Below, piece after piece: positions 61,971-64,000 of a DNA stretch of 64,000 nucleotides. The notes under the pieces are model-generated. The model worked only from the letters and a program-made list of their open reading frames with translations. It had not been told where the DNA came from and did no database searches. Numbering within the stretch: the stretch's first letter is position 1; every line of letters begins with the position of its first letter. The stretch lies in assembly GCA_965215265.1 (NCBI GenBank), contig OZ244048.1, positions 4,064,001 through 4,128,000 of the forward strand, written 5' to 3'. The position numbers were made by a program, and so were the translations under genes. Source of the stretch: Candidatus Poribacteria bacterium. GTDB lineage: Bacteria; Poribacteria; WGA-4E; WGA-3G.

Positions 61971-63293
61971 ATGAATTACGTGACAAAAAAAATCCAATGG
62001 TTAGTCTTGCTGCTAACTGTTGCGAGTCTATTTCTATCCGCTTGTGGAAGCGACGAAGACGGGGACGATGCTGCCTTAGACGAAAGTGCCGAGGCTACAA
62101 TCACGGTGCCGCAGGCGTATGTCTTTGACAGCCGTTTCACGGAAGGTGAAAGCAGTGTCGCCTATTCAGGACAGGTTGTCCGGAACTTACTGCTGCAGGA
62201 CCTTAAAGCATTTACCGATAGCGTTGGAAAAGATGGGGCACGTCCTGTTACCGTGCAGGATATGCTCAAATTCTATGAATACGATGATGCCCTCAACCTG
62301 AAGACGCTGACGACTACAGGCACGCTACCCGCACTCGAAAGCCAATATTCCTCCCTTTCGACCGGGAAAAATCTTGTCGGTAAGATTTCTGACGAGCCGG
62401 TTATCGGTTACGGCAGCACTGCAGATGAACTGGTGAGGGAATGGTTTAAAACTATTGCGGATAACTCGCAAGATCCAGACAAACTCGGTACATCGATGGC
62501 TTATACCAGCGATGACGGTGTCGATATGTCGCAGATGATTAATAAGGTACTCATCGGGGCAGTCGTCTATTACCAAGCAACAGGCGTTTATCTCAATGAC
62601 TTGCTTGAACGCGATAATAGCGAGGCAAAAGACGGGACCAGTCCTTATACAGCAATGGAACACGCATGGGATGAAGCCTTCGGCTACTTTGGTGCTGCCC
62701 GCGATTATACCCGCTACACGGATGCTCAGCTCGCCGGAACAGTTGATGATTTCACATTCGATTCTAACGGAGACGGAAGCATCGACTTCAAATCGGAATA
62801 TAACTTCGGACTCTCCAGGAACGCCGGTAAGCGAGATAAAGGCGGCTCCGGTGTAGATGTCACCCAACAGATTTTCAATGCCTTCCTTTCTGGCAGAACG
62901 GCAATCACGAATCAAGGAACGGTAGCCGAAATTAGCGCACACAGGCAAGCCGCTGCAAATGGTATCGAGAAAGTTATCGCCGCAACGGTGGTACATTACA
63001 TAAACGATACACTCAGCGATATGTCTAAGTTAACTACGCCAGAGGAAAACCGGGCAAATTTAAATAAACATTGGGCAGAGATGAAAGGTTATACTATTGC
63101 TTTGCAATACAATCCTTTCCGATTGATTACTGATGCACAATTGGCGGAATTACACGGTATCATGGGGAAAGCACCCATATATGATGCACCCGGTAGTAAC
63201 GGCTACGATACCCAAGTTGCTAATTACGAACGCGCCAAGGTTGTCCTACAGACAGCATACGGCTTCTCCAACACGAATATGGAGAACTGGTAG
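61971..63293 (+). CDS. DUF4856-like lipoprotein
   Basis: Lipobox LSAC; SSVAYSGQ, YTAMEHAWDEAFGYFG, HY, KHWAE. Confidence 0.7.
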   Translation: MNYVTKKIQWLVLLLTVASLFLSACGSDEDGDDAALDESAEATITVPQAYVFDSRFTEGESSVAYSGQVVRNLLLQDLKAFTDSVGKDGARPVTVQDMLKFYEYDDALNLKTLTTTGTLPALESQYSSLSTGKNLVGKISDEPVIGYGSTADELVREWFKTIADNSQDPDKLGTSMAYTSDDGVDMSQMINKVLIGAVVYYQATGVYLNDLLERDNSEAKDGTSPYTAMEHAWDEAFGYFGAARDYTRYTDAQLAGTVDDFTFDSNGDGSIDFKSEYNFGLSRNAGKRDKGGSGVDVTQQIFNAFLSGRTAITNQGTVAEISAHRQAAANGIEKVIAATVVHYINDTLSDMSKLTTPEENRANLNKHWAEMKGYTIALQYNPFRLITDAQLAELHGIMGKAPIYDAPGSNGYDTQVANYERAKVVLQTAYGFSNTNMENW

Positions 63294-63339
63294 GCATCGA
63301 TGTAGGTTGGGTTTTAACTGTAAAGATGCCTTTGCTACC

Positions 63340-63367
63340 GGTAGGTGCACTGTAAAGTGCACCTACC
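63340..63367. terminator. Perfect hairpin (REP-like or terminator)
   Basis: GGTAGGTGCAC-TGTAAA-GTGCACCTACC. Confidence 0.55.
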
Positions 63368-63381
63368 AAATTACCTAATAA

Positions 63382-64000
63382 ATGACGACGGAATTCAGAA
63401 CCTGGAGTATTGTTTTTGTCTGTTGTATAGCGTCTCGATTGCTTAGCACTATCTACTACATTGAAGACTTAGACAGTCTCAGGTTCGCACTGAGTATCGT
63501 AGCGTACGATGTTGCCAAGTTGCAACCGCATTTCCCCGCATATCCTGTTTTCTGTTGCATCGCCAAACTTCTCTATGCGCTCATCCATCGTTATGCCTTA
63601 GCATTTTCACTGATTGGAGGTTTGTCAACCTTTTTCACAATCTTCTTTACACTAAAGATTGCGAAAATCCAAGTCACTACACTCTTGGGAAAACTTGTTA
63701 TCTGTGTGATATTTATGAATCCCTTGTTCTGGTTAATGAGCAATCGCTATATGCCCGATGTAATGGGGGTTGCCTGCCTGTTGGCAAGCCTTTATTTTAC
63801 AGCAAGTAGAAGGCACATACGGTGGGATTTCCATACCATCGCCGGATTCTTTCTCGCTGGCATTCTGAGCGGGATACGACTCTCATATCTTCCATTTTTG
63901 CTACCTATGCTGGTGGGACGGTTAAAACACCCCGGTCGACTACAGTGCATCATAGCGGGAACTATCGGTGTTCTTGTTTGGTTCATTCCGCTACTCTCAA
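63382..64000 (+). CDS. Polytopic membrane protein, GT-C-like (runs off window end)
   Basis: Open frame MTTEFRTW...EDLDSLRF...QPHFPAYP...MPD with several hydrophobic helices; absent from the ORF track because it has no stop. Confidence 0.65.
   Translation, partial: MTTEFRTWSIVFVCCIASRLLSTIYYIEDLDSLRFALSIVAYDVAKLQPHFPAYPVFCCIAKLLYALIHRYALAFSLIGGLSTFFTIFFTLKIAKIQVTTLLGKLVICVIFMNPLFWLMSNRYMPDVMGVACLLASLYFTASRRHIRWDFHTIAGFFLAGILSGIRLSYLPFLLPMLVGRLKHPGRLQCIIAGTIGVLVWFIPLLS

Overview
Bacterial chromosomal window of about 50% GC. The gene inventory (LamG and lamin-tail secreted proteins ending in a K-[LM]-T-x-x-W-A-x-[LV]-K motif, a DUF6785-like fragment, TPR and LRR repeat proteins) suggests Candidatus Poribacteria; this is an inference. 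Housekeeping genes (ABC transporters, fpr, korAB, aroQ, dppBC, tkt) are interrupted by four accessory regions. (1) 5-15 kb: a defence island with a PLD-SNF2 helicase, a type IIG restriction-modification gene frameshifted at a G8 tract, and an FRG + TPR pair. (2) 33.2-35.3 kb: tandem tRNA-Asn genes followed by gene remnants and a decayed IS607. (3) 36.8-47.6 kb: three Rpn-like PD-(D/E)xK nuclease genes, each with an internal RBS+ATG, plus stand-alone, repeat-variable copies of the C-terminal module; they flank two large LRR/lamin-tail surface proteins and share their duplicated promoter block. This is the best candidate for an undescribed system. (4) 51.5-54 kb: a Mod-type methyltransferase frameshifted at a C8 tract next to a dead integrase. 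The window ends in a Fur-box-controlled iron-uptake cluster punctuated by a dispersed repeat family. All calls come from reading the sequence; no searches were run.
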